Of a stretch of DNA of 64,000 nucleotides, positions 46,442 to 59,900 are shown piece after piece. Position 1 is the first letter of the stretch. Every line of letters begins with the position of its first letter. The notes beneath the pieces are model-generated. The model was given only the letters and a program-made list of their open reading frames with translations. It made no database searches and was not told the origin of the DNA. Source of the stretch: Chrysemys picta bellii (Eukaryota); contig NC_088802.1 in NCBI RefSeq assembly GCF_011386835.1, forward strand, positions 2,108,001-2,172,000. Direction: 5' to 3'. The position numbers and the translations under genes are program-made.

Positions 46442-48599
46442 GTCCCTCCGCACCCAGCACTACATTAGTCCCTCACACTCAGAGCCACGCAGCCACGAGG
46501 GAATTCCCCACAGGAGGAGACCCTCACAGGGTTTGAGGGACAGCAGAAGAAAACTATCGGTGTGAAGGTCTATGTGAATCTGAACAAAACCCAACTAGCC
46601 CTCTCTACGGCAGGGAATAATCTACTAGGGCATGGTCTTACCCTCAGGAAATGCCTTCTCCGGGGCCTCCTGAAGTATAACTATATCATGTCCCAGTGCG
46701 TTATTTCCCTGTCCTCTCTGGAGTGATTGCAATGCCTCCCTATGGAGCATGACCAGGTGGGGGTAATTAACGCAGTGTCTGGTCCCTCTTCCTAACTGAG
46801 CACGAGGAGAAACGCTAGCCCACCTCAGCATCGTGTGGGCGGTGGAATCGGTCTGAGTGACCAACGTGACAGCTCCAGCAGGCTGGAGTTGCTCAAAGAA
46901 AGTTTTTTTTTTTGTTCTAAAAATTAAATAATTTCTTTGTGAGAAAAATTGTCTGTTTTCAGACTTTTTTATAAAAATGTGTTTGGGTAAAACCTTTTGC
47001 TTTTCTCCATCATTTCCCTCTTCTCTTCAGTTCCCTTGTCATGTTCCAAAATCTTACAATCATTTTTTTAAATTTGCTTTTCAAAAAATCAATATTTTTC
47101 CCCATAAATTTTTTTTTCCTGAAAATTTGATTTTTTGTTTTAGAACATCATTTTTTCCCAATGAAAATGTGTCATTTTATCCCTGAAAACTGGGACATTC
47201 CACCCCCACTAAAAACAATTTTTTTTTCATGAAAATTTTTTCTCCCCTGAAAATTGGAATTTTGTCCCCCATGAAAATGTTATTTTTTTAAAATGATGAA
47301 TGCAGGAAGAAGGGGAAGAGAGAGAAAAAGAAGGAACTAAATAAAAATTACCTATGGACTCCAACTTGTCAAAGAAGGCTTGAAATTGTATAAAAGATCC
47401 TTGGGTCCCAATCCTTGTTATCTCAGATCTGCTTAAACCAGAAGGGGTTCCTAGACTTAAGGTGGCATCATGGGGAGATTTGGAGACCAGGCAGCGGTGG
47501 GTAAAGACTATAGGGCACAGGCAGAGATGTGGGGTGCAGTGGAAGGAGCCCAAGGGATGCCCCAACCCTTCTCCACTCTTCCATGGATCAGCCATGTATC
47601 AGAGCCGGAGAATCCAGTGCCTTTGGCGTGTGTTAGTGGCTGTGTTGCCCAGTTCCTTCTCTACGTGGCCCACCTTTGAGTCCCCTGCCAGCCCTGGGCA
47701 CGGTGCTTGGAGGGGGGCACAATGAGGGTGCCCACACTAGGGTATTGAGACTTTCCCAGGTCTTAGGGTCGTAGCTCGAGCTGGTGAGAGTTACATTTTC
47801 AGAAGGAAGCCAAGAAAATCTAAACTGAATTGGCCCTTTTTGCTGCCAATAACACCTTGCTGGAGGGTGACACCCATGTGCTTCGTGCTGCACGTACACA
47901 GGGAGGGGAGTGGGATCTAGTGGTTAGAGCAGAGGAGAGTGGTACCTCGGACTCCTGGGTTCTCTCCCTAACTCTAGCAGGTTATAGCCCCCCAGAGCCA
48001 GCCCACCCCCATCACTGCCTGGATCACAGTCGGGGAAGCTCCCCCCTCTCAGAGTGACCAGCTTAGGCTCTCTGCAGACTCAGGCATGGGTCCCACCCGC
48101 CCTGGTTTGGAGAAATTTCTTTGCTCTCGTGAGGGCTAGAAGTATTTTTTGGCTCTGCAAGCTGAGTGCCTGGAGATCGCCTCCGGCTCGTGGGACGGAA
48201 ACCGTGGTCAGTTGTTTGTGCGTCGCACACGGCCCCGACTCCGACACGTCTGTCATGATTGTAAATCACCCCCCACCCCATCTGCTGCTGCCTTTGCAAA
48301 AGCTGTGGCCGTGAACGGTGCTGAATTTCCTGTTTCTCGCCAGGAGCTCAAGTGCAGACAGAGCCCCGAGCCACAGAAACTGCAGCCGTAGCAAAGGGAG
48401 GGGCCCCCGGGCGCTACACAGATCCCCTGCAAAATATCGGGGCCCCTGTGGTGCCAGGTGCAGCACAGATCAGCGCCCTTGTTATGCCAGGCTCTGCCCA
48501 GACCCGAACTGAGCAATGGCACAGGAACCTGGACTCCTGGGTTCTCTGTCCCACAGCTAGGGGAAGAGCGGGGCTGAGAAGGTTTGAGCGGGGGGGGGG

Positions 48600-49905
48600 G
48601 GTGAGGGGCTGGGAGCCAGGACTCCTGGGTTCTCTCCCCGGCTCTGGGAGGGTGTGGGGTCTAGGGGTTAGAGCAGGGGAGGCTGGGAGCCAGGACTCCT
48701 GGGTTCCCTCTCCGGCTCTGGGAGGGTGTGGGGTCTAGGAGTTAGAGCAGGGGGAGGCTGGGAGCCAGGACTCCTGGGTTCTCTCCCCGGCTCTGGGAGG
48801 GTGTGGGGTCTACGGGTTAGAGCAGGGGGAGGCTGGGAGCCAGGACTCCTGGGTTCTCTCCCCGGCTCTGGGAGGGTGTGGGGTCTAGGGGTTAGAGCAG
48901 GGGGAGGCTGGGAGCCAGGACTCCTGGGTTCTCTCCCCGGCTTTGGGAAGGTGTGGGGTCTAGGGGTTAGAGCAGGGGGAGGCTGGGAGCCAGGACTCCT
49001 GGGTTCTCTCCCTGGCTTTGGGAAGGTGTGGGGTCTAGGGGTTAGAGCAGGGGCAGGCTGGGAGCCAGGACTCCTGGGTTCTCTCCCCGGCTCTGGGAGG
49101 GTGTGGGGTCTAGGGGTTAGAGCAGGGGGAGGCTGGGAGCCAGGACTCCTGGGTTCTCTCCCCGGCTCTGGGAGGGTGTGGGGTCTAGGGGTTAGAGCAG
49201 GGGGAGGCTGGGAGCCAGGACTCCTGGGTTCTCTCCCCAGCTCTGGGAGGGGAGTGGGGGCTGGGGGGTTAGAGCAGGGGGAGGCTGGGAGCCAGGACTC
49301 CTGGGTTCTCTCCCCGGCTCTGGGAGGGTGTGGGGTCTAGGGGTTAGAGCAGGGGGGGCTGGGAGCCAGGACTCCTGGGTTCTCTCCCCGGCTCTGGGAG
49401 GTGAGTGGGGGCTGGTGGGTTGGAGCAGGGGGAGGCTGGGAGCCAGGACTCCTGGGTTCTCTCCCCGGCTCTGGGAGGGGAGTGGGGGGCTGGTAGGTTA
49501 GAGCAGGGGGGCTGGGAGCCAGGACTCCTGGGTTCTCTCCCCGGCTCTGGGAGGGTGTGGGGTCTAGGGGTTAGAGCAGGGGGAGGCTGGGAGCCAGGAC
49601 TCCTGGGTTCTCTCCCTGGCTCTGGGAGGTGAGTGGGGTCTAGGGGTTAGAGCAGGGGGGGCTGGGAGCCAGGACTCCTGGGTTCTCTCCCCGGCTCTGG
49701 GAGGTGAGTGGGGGCTGGTGGGTTGGAGCAGGGGGAGGCTGGGAGCCAGGACTCCTGGGTTCTCTCCCCGGCTCTGGGAGGGGAGTGGGGGGCTGGTAGG
49801 TTAGAGCAGGGGGGCTGGGAGCCAGGACTCCTGGGTTCTCTCCCTGGCTCTGGGAGGGTGTGGGGTCTAGTGGTTAGAGCAGGGGGAGGCTGGGAGCCAG
49901 GACTC
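48600..49905. repeat. GC-rich minisatellite of 74-75 bp
   Basis: About 17 copies of GGGGTCTAGGGGTTAGAGCAGGGGGAGGCTGGGAGCCAGGACTCCTGGGTTCTCTCCCCGGCTCTGGGAGGGTGT. Confidence 0.95.
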
Positions 49906-50054
49906 CAGGTGACAGTTGGTCCCGCCCCCTCGCAGGTGACAGTTGGCCCTTCCCCGCTCGCGTTCTCAGCAGCCGCTGGCGCCTCGCGGCGCTTCCCCGC
50001 CCGTTTCCCGCCCTTTTTTTATCTCCGCGAGTCTCTCCCTCGTGCCGGCAGACT

Positions 50055-50102
50055 CTGCCCGGCAACTAGTGACGCTTAAACACGAAGTCGCCTTCTGATT
50101 GG
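50055..50102 (+). promoter_or_regulatory. SXY-like module, second copy (no CD1 downstream)
   Basis: CTGCCCGGCAAC TAG TGACGCT (18 nt) CTGATTGG. The flanking 50100-50820 is the inverted paralog of about 22160-22910. Confidence 0.5.
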
Positions 50103-51175
50103 CTGTCCCGCCCGAGGGAGGGAAAGAGAGGAGCCTTGGAGCGGCATGGGCCAGGGAGGAGGATAAGGAGGCGGGGCCACGGAGTGGGCGGGGCTAAGGA
50201 GCGGGAGGGAGGGGCAGGGAGCAGGAGTGTGGCTAATAGGAAAGCGGGCAGGGAGGGGGAGGGGCTATTGGGGAGATGGGAGGGGCTAATGAGGGACGGG
50301 GAGGGGCCATTAGCGGGGAGGGGCAGGGAGGAGCTATGCAATAGGGGAGGGACTAATGGGAGAGGGACGGGCAGGCAGGGGTGGGGAGGGGCCTTAGGGA
50401 TGGAGGGGAAGGGAGGGGGAGGGACTATGGGGATGGAAGGGGGCTAATGGGAGAGGCAAGGGCAGGGAGGGGGAGGGGCCATTGGGAGAGGAAGGGGCTA
50501 TAGGGAGGGGGATTGGCCATTGGGATGGAGGGGGAAGGGCCATTGGGACACAGGGATGAGGGGGCAGTTGGGGGGGCTCTGCCCTCCCTTCTGTTCTGTC
50601 TCTTCCCCCTTCCCCCCATATCCCCCCGTCACTCCGGTGCAGCCCCTGGGGGGGGTGCCAGGCCCAGCCCCACAGGTCAGAGGGGGCAGCTGTGGGCAGG
50701 CGGAGCCCCTGGGTGGGGTGAAGAGGAGGACACTGGCCTGTAATTTTGGGGCCATGAATTCAAGGTCTAGGTGCGAGCCTGGTTTGTCTGTGGGTGAATC
50801 GCCCTGAGCGGGGGGCGCTGTCCCCTGGCAGTTAGGGTTGGTCCCATTGCCCCAGGGCAGCGCTAGGGGCTGTGCTGGGAGCAGCAGTACACAGGCTGGA
50901 GGAGATCAGGGCCGGCTCCAGGTTTTCTGCTGCTCCAAGTGGCAAAAAAAAAACCCCAAACCATCAGCGGCAGCTCAATCGAGCCGCTCCATTCTTCGTC
51001 GGCAGTTTGGCTGCGGGTCCTTCGCTCCCTCTCTTCCTCTTCGGCGGCACTTCGGCGGCAGCTCAAAGAGGAAGAGAGGGACTGAGGGACCTGCCGCCGA
51101 AGACCCAGGTGGGCCGCCCCAGTAGCGGATGGAGTGCCGCCCCTTTGTATTGGCCGCCCCAAGCACCTGCTTCCA

Positions 51176-51850
51176 GGGCCGTCCTTAGGATTTATGGTGC
51201 CCTAGGCGGGATTATTAAACTGGTGCCCCTGTGCCTGACTTGCTCTTAACAACACAAACATAAGCTTACAGTATTGGAAAACTTGCCACATGCATGTTAT
51301 TAAACCCAGTTTCACTTAATTAAGCACGCTGTGATGCTGATGGACTAGCACTAAAGAAGTAGCGCTATAGAAAAAATTCTGATTTGACAGAATGATGCAA
51401 ATAATATAATTCTTTTAATTTGTCAACATTTTATTGGAAATTTAGATGAAGAGGTATTGAAACAAGGATTTGTTTTTAATTAAAAGCAATCGTTCTGGCT
51501 TTTTTTGGCTGCAAAAGCAGTAATAATGTCATTGTATGACAAAGACAAAGTGATGTCTTGTTCGATTGCGGGAATAGCAAGACCAGTCAAGCATTCCTGA
51601 CTCATTGTAGAACAGAGAGAGTTTTTAATGAGCTTTAGTTCTGAGAAACTCCGTTCTCCTGATGCGACTGTTACAGGAATTGTCGGTAGAATACGAGTGG
51701 CAATGTACACATTAGGATATATGTCAACAAGTTTGCTGGTATGAATAAACTGTACAATGTCCATCACCGATTTTGCATGTGGCAACATTGGTGACAGTGT
51801 CCTCAATTCTTCGTCCAGTTCAAGTCCATTTAAATCAAAACTATCACCGT
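51176..51850 (-). mobile_element. hAT DNA transposon remnant with the transposase C-terminal dimerisation domain
   Basis: ORF 51480..51806: DIYPNVYIATRILPTIPVTVASGERSFSELKLIKNSLCSTMSQECLTGLA. TIR-like CAGGGCCGTCCTTAGG at 51176. Right boundary uncertain. Confidence 0.8.
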
Positions 51851-52541
51851 GCTTCAGGAGGCTCTCTAGGTTCTTGCGCTGTGACCTTGAGCTAGTGTGA
51901 AGACACCTCCCAAGGCGCTCCGCCCTGACTGAGACACAATAGAGTTGGAAACCCAGGTCATTTTTACAAAGCCACTTTTTAGTTTTAAATGTATAGTGGG
52001 CATCAGTCTTAATGTTAGTTACAACTCTCTATCAACCTTCTACTGTAAATAGATCAATGGCATTATCCAGTTTAATACGCTGGGTTTCCGAGCAGTGGGG
52101 AAATATAACCCTAGTTTTACTCCTAGGTAAAGCACAAAGTGACCAAAATGAAGTCAGCACAGAATCATCTCCTCTAGATGAAGGCAGCACAGAAATGTTA
52201 CCGAAGTCCTATTGTGCCTCATTTTTGTTTGGAAAGACATTAGCAATAGCAGCACATTTTGGGCACTGCCAGAAATACAGGCTAAATCACTGCCTCTAAC
52301 GTTCCATCAAAACCTGACATTTTCACAGCTCTAGCATGATCTGCTACACAGACTCTTCACAAGGAAGTGTCCCTGGCCTTTTTAACTCGTATTAACCATG
52401 TATTTACTTTATGAAAGTTGGACAAAACATTGTGAAAACGTAAGACATTGGCTGCCCAACCTCTGGGCTGGCAAAAGCTATCCTGACTCACTGGGGAAAA
52501 AAGCAAGAGAATCTTAGTACAACAGATGGTCACTCTGTACC

Positions 52542-53055
52542 AGGGGTCGGCAACCTTTCAGAAGTGGTGTGCCAAGTTCACTGTCATTTAAAAGGTTTCC
52601 CATGCCAGTAATACATTTTAACGTTTGTAGAAGGTCTCTCTCTATGTCTATATTATATAAATAGACTATTGTTTGTATTTAAAGTAAATAAGGTTTTTAA
52701 AATATTTAAGAAGCTTCATTTAAAATCAAATTAAAATGCAGATCTTATCAATTTAGTGTGATCCTTGCCTGGGATCCTTGTCTGGGGTTCCAGCCACCAG
52801 CCCCGCTCAGCCCACTGCCGGTCTGGGGTCCAGCCACCAGCCCCGCTCAGCCCACTGCTGGTCTGGGGTCCAGCTACTGGTCCTACTCAACCCACTGCCG
52901 GTCTGGGATTCCATCCACTCAGCCAGCAGCAGGCTGAGTGGGCCGGTGGCGGGCTGAGCGGGACCGGCGGGGGGGCTGAGCGGGACCGGCGGGGGGGCTG
53001 AGTGGCTCAGTCCGTTGCCAGTCTGGGATGCCGGCAGCACTCAGCCTGTTGCTGC
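52542..53055. mobile_element. Probable non-autonomous hAT element fragment
   Basis: Begins CAGGGGTCGGCAACCT and contains internal CAGCCCCGCTCAGCCCACTGCCGGTCTGGGG repeats. No second TIR identified. Confidence 0.45.
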
Positions 53056-53059
53056 TCTG

Positions 53060-55638
53060 GGTGCGGTGTCTCTCCATGCCATACCCCTCACTCCATTCAC
53101 TTCTGCACTGCTAATAAACTCTGTCTTATTTTCCCCATATTTAGCTTTAATATGAGTTTTAAGGTTAAATTCTTCAGAGACCACAGAAACAGCATTTGCA
53201 CACAGGGCACCAGCACTGGGCTGTGTGCGGCTTGCCGTGAGTTTATAACAACAGGATTAGCATTTACTGGGTTTGGGGTTTTATTTTTTACAGTTGGACA
53301 CTCTGGTTTGATGTGCCCAGGTGGACCACACAAATGACAGACCACTTGTTTCCCCTTGGAGTAGGAGTTTTTCTGCTCTGGGCCCCCATGAGCTCCTTTA
53401 TAAGAGTCAGAGCCAGGTTTACTTTTAAATCCTTCCCTCCTCTTGAACGGGGGCGAATGGTGATTAGTTCCCCCATGGGATTTCCACCATCCCGAGCCCT
53501 GTTTCAGGTATGGGCATCCACAATTTCTGCCGCCCTTAGGACTTACTCAGGGTCTCTCTCACACACAGCAGCTTTAACATGGTCGGGAACAATGTCTAAA
53601 AACTGTTCCAAAGTTATTCAATTCAGCAGTTTTTCAAAACTCCCATGTGTCTTTACTCCCATAACCCACGTTTTAACAAAACCCATCAGCTTATGGGCAC
53701 ATTCCACAAAAGTACTAGCATTAGACATGCTACATTTCCTAAATTTAGCTCTGTAAGAATCAGGAGTAACCTTGAACCACCTTAACACAGAATCTTTAAA
53801 CCACTCGTATTCCAAGGCTTCCTGTTCCCCGATTCATTAAATACCTCCCTGGCTTTTCCAGTCAGTCTGGTCAGCAGGACGGGAATTCGCTGACCCTCGG
53901 GGATCAGGTACAGATTGCAGAGGCGTTCAAAGGAAGACAAAAACTCCCCTATATCCTCAGTATTGTTGTAAATAGGACACATCCTCTCCCAGTTTTTCTC
54001 GTGGTGGTGGGGAAGTGGAGCACCAGGTGGGGATGACTTTCTCCGCTCTTCCATTACTTGGAGCTGAGGTTGGTGAGCCTTCTCCTCTGCAGCCAACAGC
54101 TCCGTGCATCCACTACAAGCCCTTTCTTCTGTCTCACCAGCCTCCTTTGTTCTTTTATCAGCTTCTTTCTCTCTCTCAGCAGCTTCTCTTTCTAACTCCG
54201 CGATCTTCTGCTTTTCCAGCAATCGAAGATCTGCTAGTTTCTGTTCATGCTCAAGTTCCAGTTTATTTGCTGCTTTTTGCTTCTGCAGCTTCAGGTAAGG
54301 GCTGTGCTCCTGCCTTCTGATCACTGGCCATTAACAGACTTCTCAGTTCTTGATTTGTAGCTTTCTTTCTAAAGCTTATCTCCCTTTCTGAACTCAAATC
54401 TTCCAGGGCTTTTTTTGTCAAGGCCTCATATGCTCTTTGCTCACCCATTGCACCTGCTCTTTAACCAACCAAACTCTCAATATCAACATTCAAATGTGGA
54501 TAGCGCGGGGTTCTGACCCAAAGCTTAACTCACCGGTTCTGGGGATCCTTGTACAACGACGCCACTGTGACAGTGCTGCCCGTGGGAGCCAGCTCAGTCA
54601 GGGTGAACTGCAAACAGACCGGGGCAGCCAAACCCCAAATGCTGGTGGATCTTCCAATACTTAGATTTACCAACCAGCCCAAAACAGCTTCTATAGAACC
54701 TCCCTGGTTACTCAGACGTCCAAACAACGCAGTTCCCTTAAAGTGCCCAGCCTCAGGCCTCCGTCCAGACACACACGTTAGATACGATGATGGTTACTGA
54801 AAATCTGATCTCAATATATAAAAGAAAAGGTTCTTCCAACCCCAAAGGATCAGCCACACACCCAGCTCCAATTACAACTTAGATCTTATGCAAAATACAC
54901 GCTACAGTCAATTCTTATTAACTAAACTAAAATTTATTAAAAAAGAAAAAAGGGAGAGAGTGTTGGTTAAAAGATCAATATACAGACAGACTTGAATTCA
55001 ATTCTTGAGGTTCAGACACAGCAGAGATGAGCTTGTAGTTGCCAAAAGTCCTTTTAGAAATAGTCCCGAGGCTATAGTCCAATGTCCATATTCAGGGTGA
55101 CTCCAGTCAGTGACTAGGGATCTCAATTCTTATGGCTCAGGGTTTCCCCTTCTTGAAACCCAAAGCAGATCTGCGATAAAACAGGATGGTGCCCCAGGGT
55201 TTTTAGACATTTTCCAGAGCCTCTTGGCCTGAGAGAATAAGCTTAATCTTCTGTCTCCCAACCATCCTGGCAATTAGCACAGGGTAATTTATCCATTACA
55301 CAGTTCAGATCCAGGTTACCACAACCTTCAAAGAGACATAGAGACAATAATACTATTTCACTCCAGTGTCATCATAAATGTTAATATTCCTCTTTTGATC
55401 TTTGAATTAAAGCTCTAGCAATAGACAAGACTTGTTCGCTTACATCACAAGACCTGAGAAAACATCTACCCTTCTATCTCTAACAATGCCGGCTGCATTT
55501 CAAAGCATTATTCATTTACAGAACTTCCTAACCAGTCTCTAAAGTTCAGCCATGGGTCAAGTCAGTCTGTGAGTTAATTAACTCTTTCTGGCCCTGTCAT
55601 CTTTCAATGGGATATTATATTACACTCATAACATCACA
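53060..55638 (-). mobile_element. Degenerate Gypsy element, 5' half (5' LTR 54566-55638, PBS, gag with SCAN-like capsid and zinc knuckle, start of protease)
   Basis: PBS-like TGGCGTCGTTG next to the LTR. Frameshifted gag pieces EDIGEFLSSFERLC..LTGKAREVF, FKVTPDSYRAKFR and CHLCGPPGHIKPEC. Protease-like VNGVRGMAWRDTA is cut at about 53062. Confidence 0.85.
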
Positions 55639-56995
55639 TACGGATAGATCCGGTAGCTTTCCCCATCGGCAGAAATTCACAAGCACCTCTTGTCAAATTT
55701 AACACCCAAAGCAGGTCGTTAAACAACCAGGGTCAGTGGACAAAACAACACCCCACAAAAGCAAGGAACTACAGCCCCTCAACACAAGCACCCCATCTGC
55801 CCCTCCATTCTCAGACCCCTTCCTGGGAGCCCACCTACCACTGGACACCTTCACTCTGAGTCGCTAGGCGCCATCCCTTCTGCGCCCACCCCTGTCCACA
55901 ACCAGGCTGTCCTCTGAGGCCTAGGGTTGCCAATCTTCCACCATTGTCCTGGAATCTCCAGCAATTCAGGGTTAATCTTTAATTAAGGGTTATGTCATGG
56001 GATGGAACTTGCAGGAATACGTCCAACCAAAATTGGCCACCCAAGCTGGGGGAGATTGGTGCAGCAGTGGGTGGGAGCGATGGCACATTGGCATGTCTCA
56101 GCCAGCGGAGATAACTCATCCAAGAAAATATGACTTCCCGGAGGTAAAGGGAGATGGGGGGCGGCTCCGGGCGGGTGACTGAAATGCAGCTGCTGACGGG
56201 GAAGATTTTACCCACCCGCAGCCACACGTACAATTTGGCGGGGTCGTTTCGGACAGATAATGACTCCAAATTACCCCAAATCCCCATCACAACTACCTGC
56301 AACATGACAGCTCCTCCGAATATCGCTAGCCAGCAGTGTGGTGTAGCTATTGACCAACCATTCAAGGTCGTGGCGCTAAGGACAATGTCTGGTTAGAAAT
56401 GTCTCGTGACAGAGCCGATGAAAAAGACATGGAAAGTTGACAGGGCCGGATCGCCGACCCAGGGGGGAATTCACGCCCGTCGGCCCCCCTGGTTTGAGAG
56501 CAGAGCAGGGATTTGTGGCCCAGTGTAGGACGCAGCCCTGGCCGGGGAGCTGCTCCTGGGGACCACCACCAAGCCAGGATGCTCCAGGAGAAGCCAGCTG
56601 CTGCTGTGCTGCCCCCTGCACCAGGGCAGCCGGGCGGGGCATCAGACCAGATACCCCAGCTCTAAACACCCCAACTGCCCCAGTCTAAGTAAGGGGAATC
56701 CTCCTCAGTCACACGCAGTACAGGGGCTAGGAGACACAGATGAATGCGGCTGATTCTAGGGAGCAGTTGGATTCACACACACACACACACCAGCCTGTCC
56801 CTCACACTGTGAATAGCACATGCTAAAACACACACACACACACATACCCATCCGGCCCTCATCCCCGGCCTCTCGCTGCAGCCATCTCAGAGTCGCTGAC
56901 CACAAAACTTTCCACCGCCCCCTGGGGCTGACGCTTGCGGAGGATGCTGAGCTGAGCTGAGCTGGACCCACGGAGCCGCCCAGAGAGCGGGGACC

Positions 56996-59900
56996 ATGGA
57001 GCAGCTGCCAGCCCTGAGCCCCGTCCTCTGCATCCTCCTCTTCATCCCCACCTGGGCAGCAGGTACTAATTTAACGTGTTCATCCAGCCACCTACCCCAT
57101 CTCTAGATCCATCTCTGTCTTTCTGTCCATCTGCCCCAAGCCTAGATCCATCTCTGTCTGTCCTTCTGTCCATCTGCCCCACGCCTAGATCCATCTCTGT
57201 CTGTCCTTCTGTCCATCTCCCCACGCCTAGATCCATCTCTGTCTGTCCTTCTGTCCATCTGCCCCAAGCCTAGATCCAGCTCTGTCTGTCCACCTTGTAG
57301 CCCAGAGGGCTAACCTGCTGGCTTGCTTTATTATGTTCTGCCTTTATTTATTGGTTTGTTTTGGTATATTTGCCTTGTACGTTTGCATTGGATTATGTTA
57401 TTATGTTTGGCTGTAACGGGTCCTACAGGCCTGTATCCTGTATGTTTAGCTTCAGCAAGTGAGCATCTGTACGGTTAAGGGGGCTGGTGAGCTTAGGCTC
57501 AGATATATGGCCTAACCGATACCCTTTTAGAGTTTGGGGAACTAGACATGTTTATCTAAGAAACTTGGGACTCCACACAGGACACGGCAGGAATGTGGAA
57601 GTAACGACCGGAAACCAGATTGGGAAAGAAATAACAGGTTTGAGAATGAGCCAATTGGCATTAACATGTGTGACTACACTAGCCTATAGAATAAGTGCAC
57701 CCCAGTATGATGTGGGTGAGGAAGTTAGATTTGGGCACAGAAGGTTGGGTACTAGCATGAATATTCAAGATATTGTTGAGATCCTATAGGAGGGCAACCC
57801 GCCATGTGCAGGCAGCTTCGTCTTCTTCAGCTTTTGAGTTTCTCCACTGTCTATTGTCAACTTCGCTACTCAGCATCTGACCCTTCAGTTCTATTGTTCA
57901 CCCTCAGTCTCGAGCATCGTCGGACCCATTTGGCAGGCCAGGGACAGGCTGGTCCGTTGTCTCTTATCACCAGGTGCCCCTGTGAGGGTGCTAATCTAGG
58001 AAGCTTTGGTAAGGGCTGATGAGACAGGTCCCCCCAGAGCTGTGTTATTCCCTTGTGACGCTTTGGAAGCTTTTTCACTTATTTTAATAAGTCTCTATGG
58101 CTGCATTTTCTCCTCAGCCTGTGTGTCCTTGTCATCCGCCTCGAAGGTCCTTTACAAGATGTTGAACTCACGGCCTAGTCCATCTAGCCCAGTATCCCGT
58201 CTCTGACAGTGGCCGGTGCCAGATGCTTCAGAGGGAATGAACAGAACAGGGCAATCATCAAGTGATCCATCCCTGTCGTCCAGTCCCTGCTTCTGCCAGT
58301 CAGAGGTTTAGAGACACCCAGAGCATGGGGTTCCATCCCCGACCATCTCGCCATGGATGGATCTATCCTCCAGGAACTTATCTAATTCCTTTTTGAGCTC
58401 AGTGATACTTTTGGCCTTCACAACATCCCCTGGCAGTGAGTTTCACAGGTTGACTGTGTGTTGTGTGAAGAAGTACGTCTTTTTGCTTGTTTTAAACCTG
58501 CTGCCTGTTAATTTCATCGGGTGACCCCTGGTTCTTGTGTTATGTGAAGTGGTAATTAATACTTCCCTTGTCATTTTCTCCACACCATTCTTTATAGAGC
58601 TCTATCATATTCCCCCCTTTACTCATCTCTTTTTTAAGCTGATCAGTCCCGGTGTTTTAGTCTCTCCTCATATGGAAGCTGTTCCATGCCCCTAATCATT
58701 TTTGTTGCCTTTTTCCGTATCTTTTCCAATTCTAATGTATCTTTTTTTGAGATGGGGTGACCAGAACGGCACGTACTATTCAAGGTGTGGGCGTACCCTG
58801 GATTTATTTAGTGGCATTATCATATTTTCCATTTTATTATCTTTTCCTTTCCTAATGGTTCCTACCATCCTGTTCGATTTTTGTCTGCCGCTGCACATTG
58901 AGCGGATGTTTTCAAAGAACTATCCATGATCTCTTTGAGATGTAACAGCTAAGTTAGACCCCATCATTTTATATGTTTCCCAGTGGGCCTGACTTTGCAT
59001 TGATCACCTTTGAGTTTCATTTGCAGTTTCGCTGCCTGGTCTAGTGAGATCCATTTGCAACTCTGCAGAGTCTGTCTTGGACTTACCTGTCCTGAGTGAT
59101 TTTACGTCTAACGTCTCTGTGAGCATCTGCCGTGCACATAGCAGTGCTGATGTTGGGTATCTGTTGGAAGGGGAAGTGAAAGTCCTGTGCAGTGTGTTAT
59201 CGACAGTGTTGTGAGCAGTAGCAAGGTGGACAGGAACGCACAATTCTTTCCCCTTAGCTTCTTATCTCCGTGCTGCTAAGGTTTCGGGCGGCTGGGGCGT
59301 GTCTCGATACCACTCGTCGTAGTTTTCCTTTGCTGTTATAATGTTTATTGCCCTGTGTGACGAACTGGGCCTGTTCTCACTGTGGTGTGTGAATGCTGAC
59401 AGGGGAGTGTGCTGGGATAGTCTGCATTGGAGGATGGGATCTGCCCGGGGGCGCATTCCTGAGCTTGTAACATGAGAACCCAGGAAGGGGTTGAAGGCCA
59501 GGTGACTCCTGAGCCCGGGAAACTGAAAAAAGGCTGTGGGAGGGGTCGCTGAAGGCAGTGTGCTGGAAGCAGGCTGGAGAGATGGCTGGGAGGCAGAGAT
59601 GGCTCTGACCTCCCAAGGGGGGCTGGGCTGGGATGCCCGGGGACCCCAAGATGGACCTAACTGAGGGGGTCCCTGTTGTCAGTGCCTGCAAGACCTGTCT
59701 TGGACTGTATTCCTGTCATCCAAATAAACCTTCTGCTTTACTGGCTGGCTGAGAGTCATGGTGAATCGCAGGGAGCCAGGGGTGCAGGGCCCTGAGTTCC
59801 AGTTGTCACGGAGTATTGGGGAACTCAGGGCCCTGCACCCCTGGCTCCCTGCGATTCACCATGACTCTCAGCCAGCCAGTAAAGCAGAAGGTTTATTTGG

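Noticed and set aside
48726-49340. 204-aa repetitive ORF ([25 protein letters not shown] repeated)
   Set aside because: Translation of the 75-bp minisatellite.
59377-59691. Identical 104-aa ORF found three times
   Set aside because: Incidental antisense ORF within the three LTR copies; useful only as evidence that the LTRs are identical.
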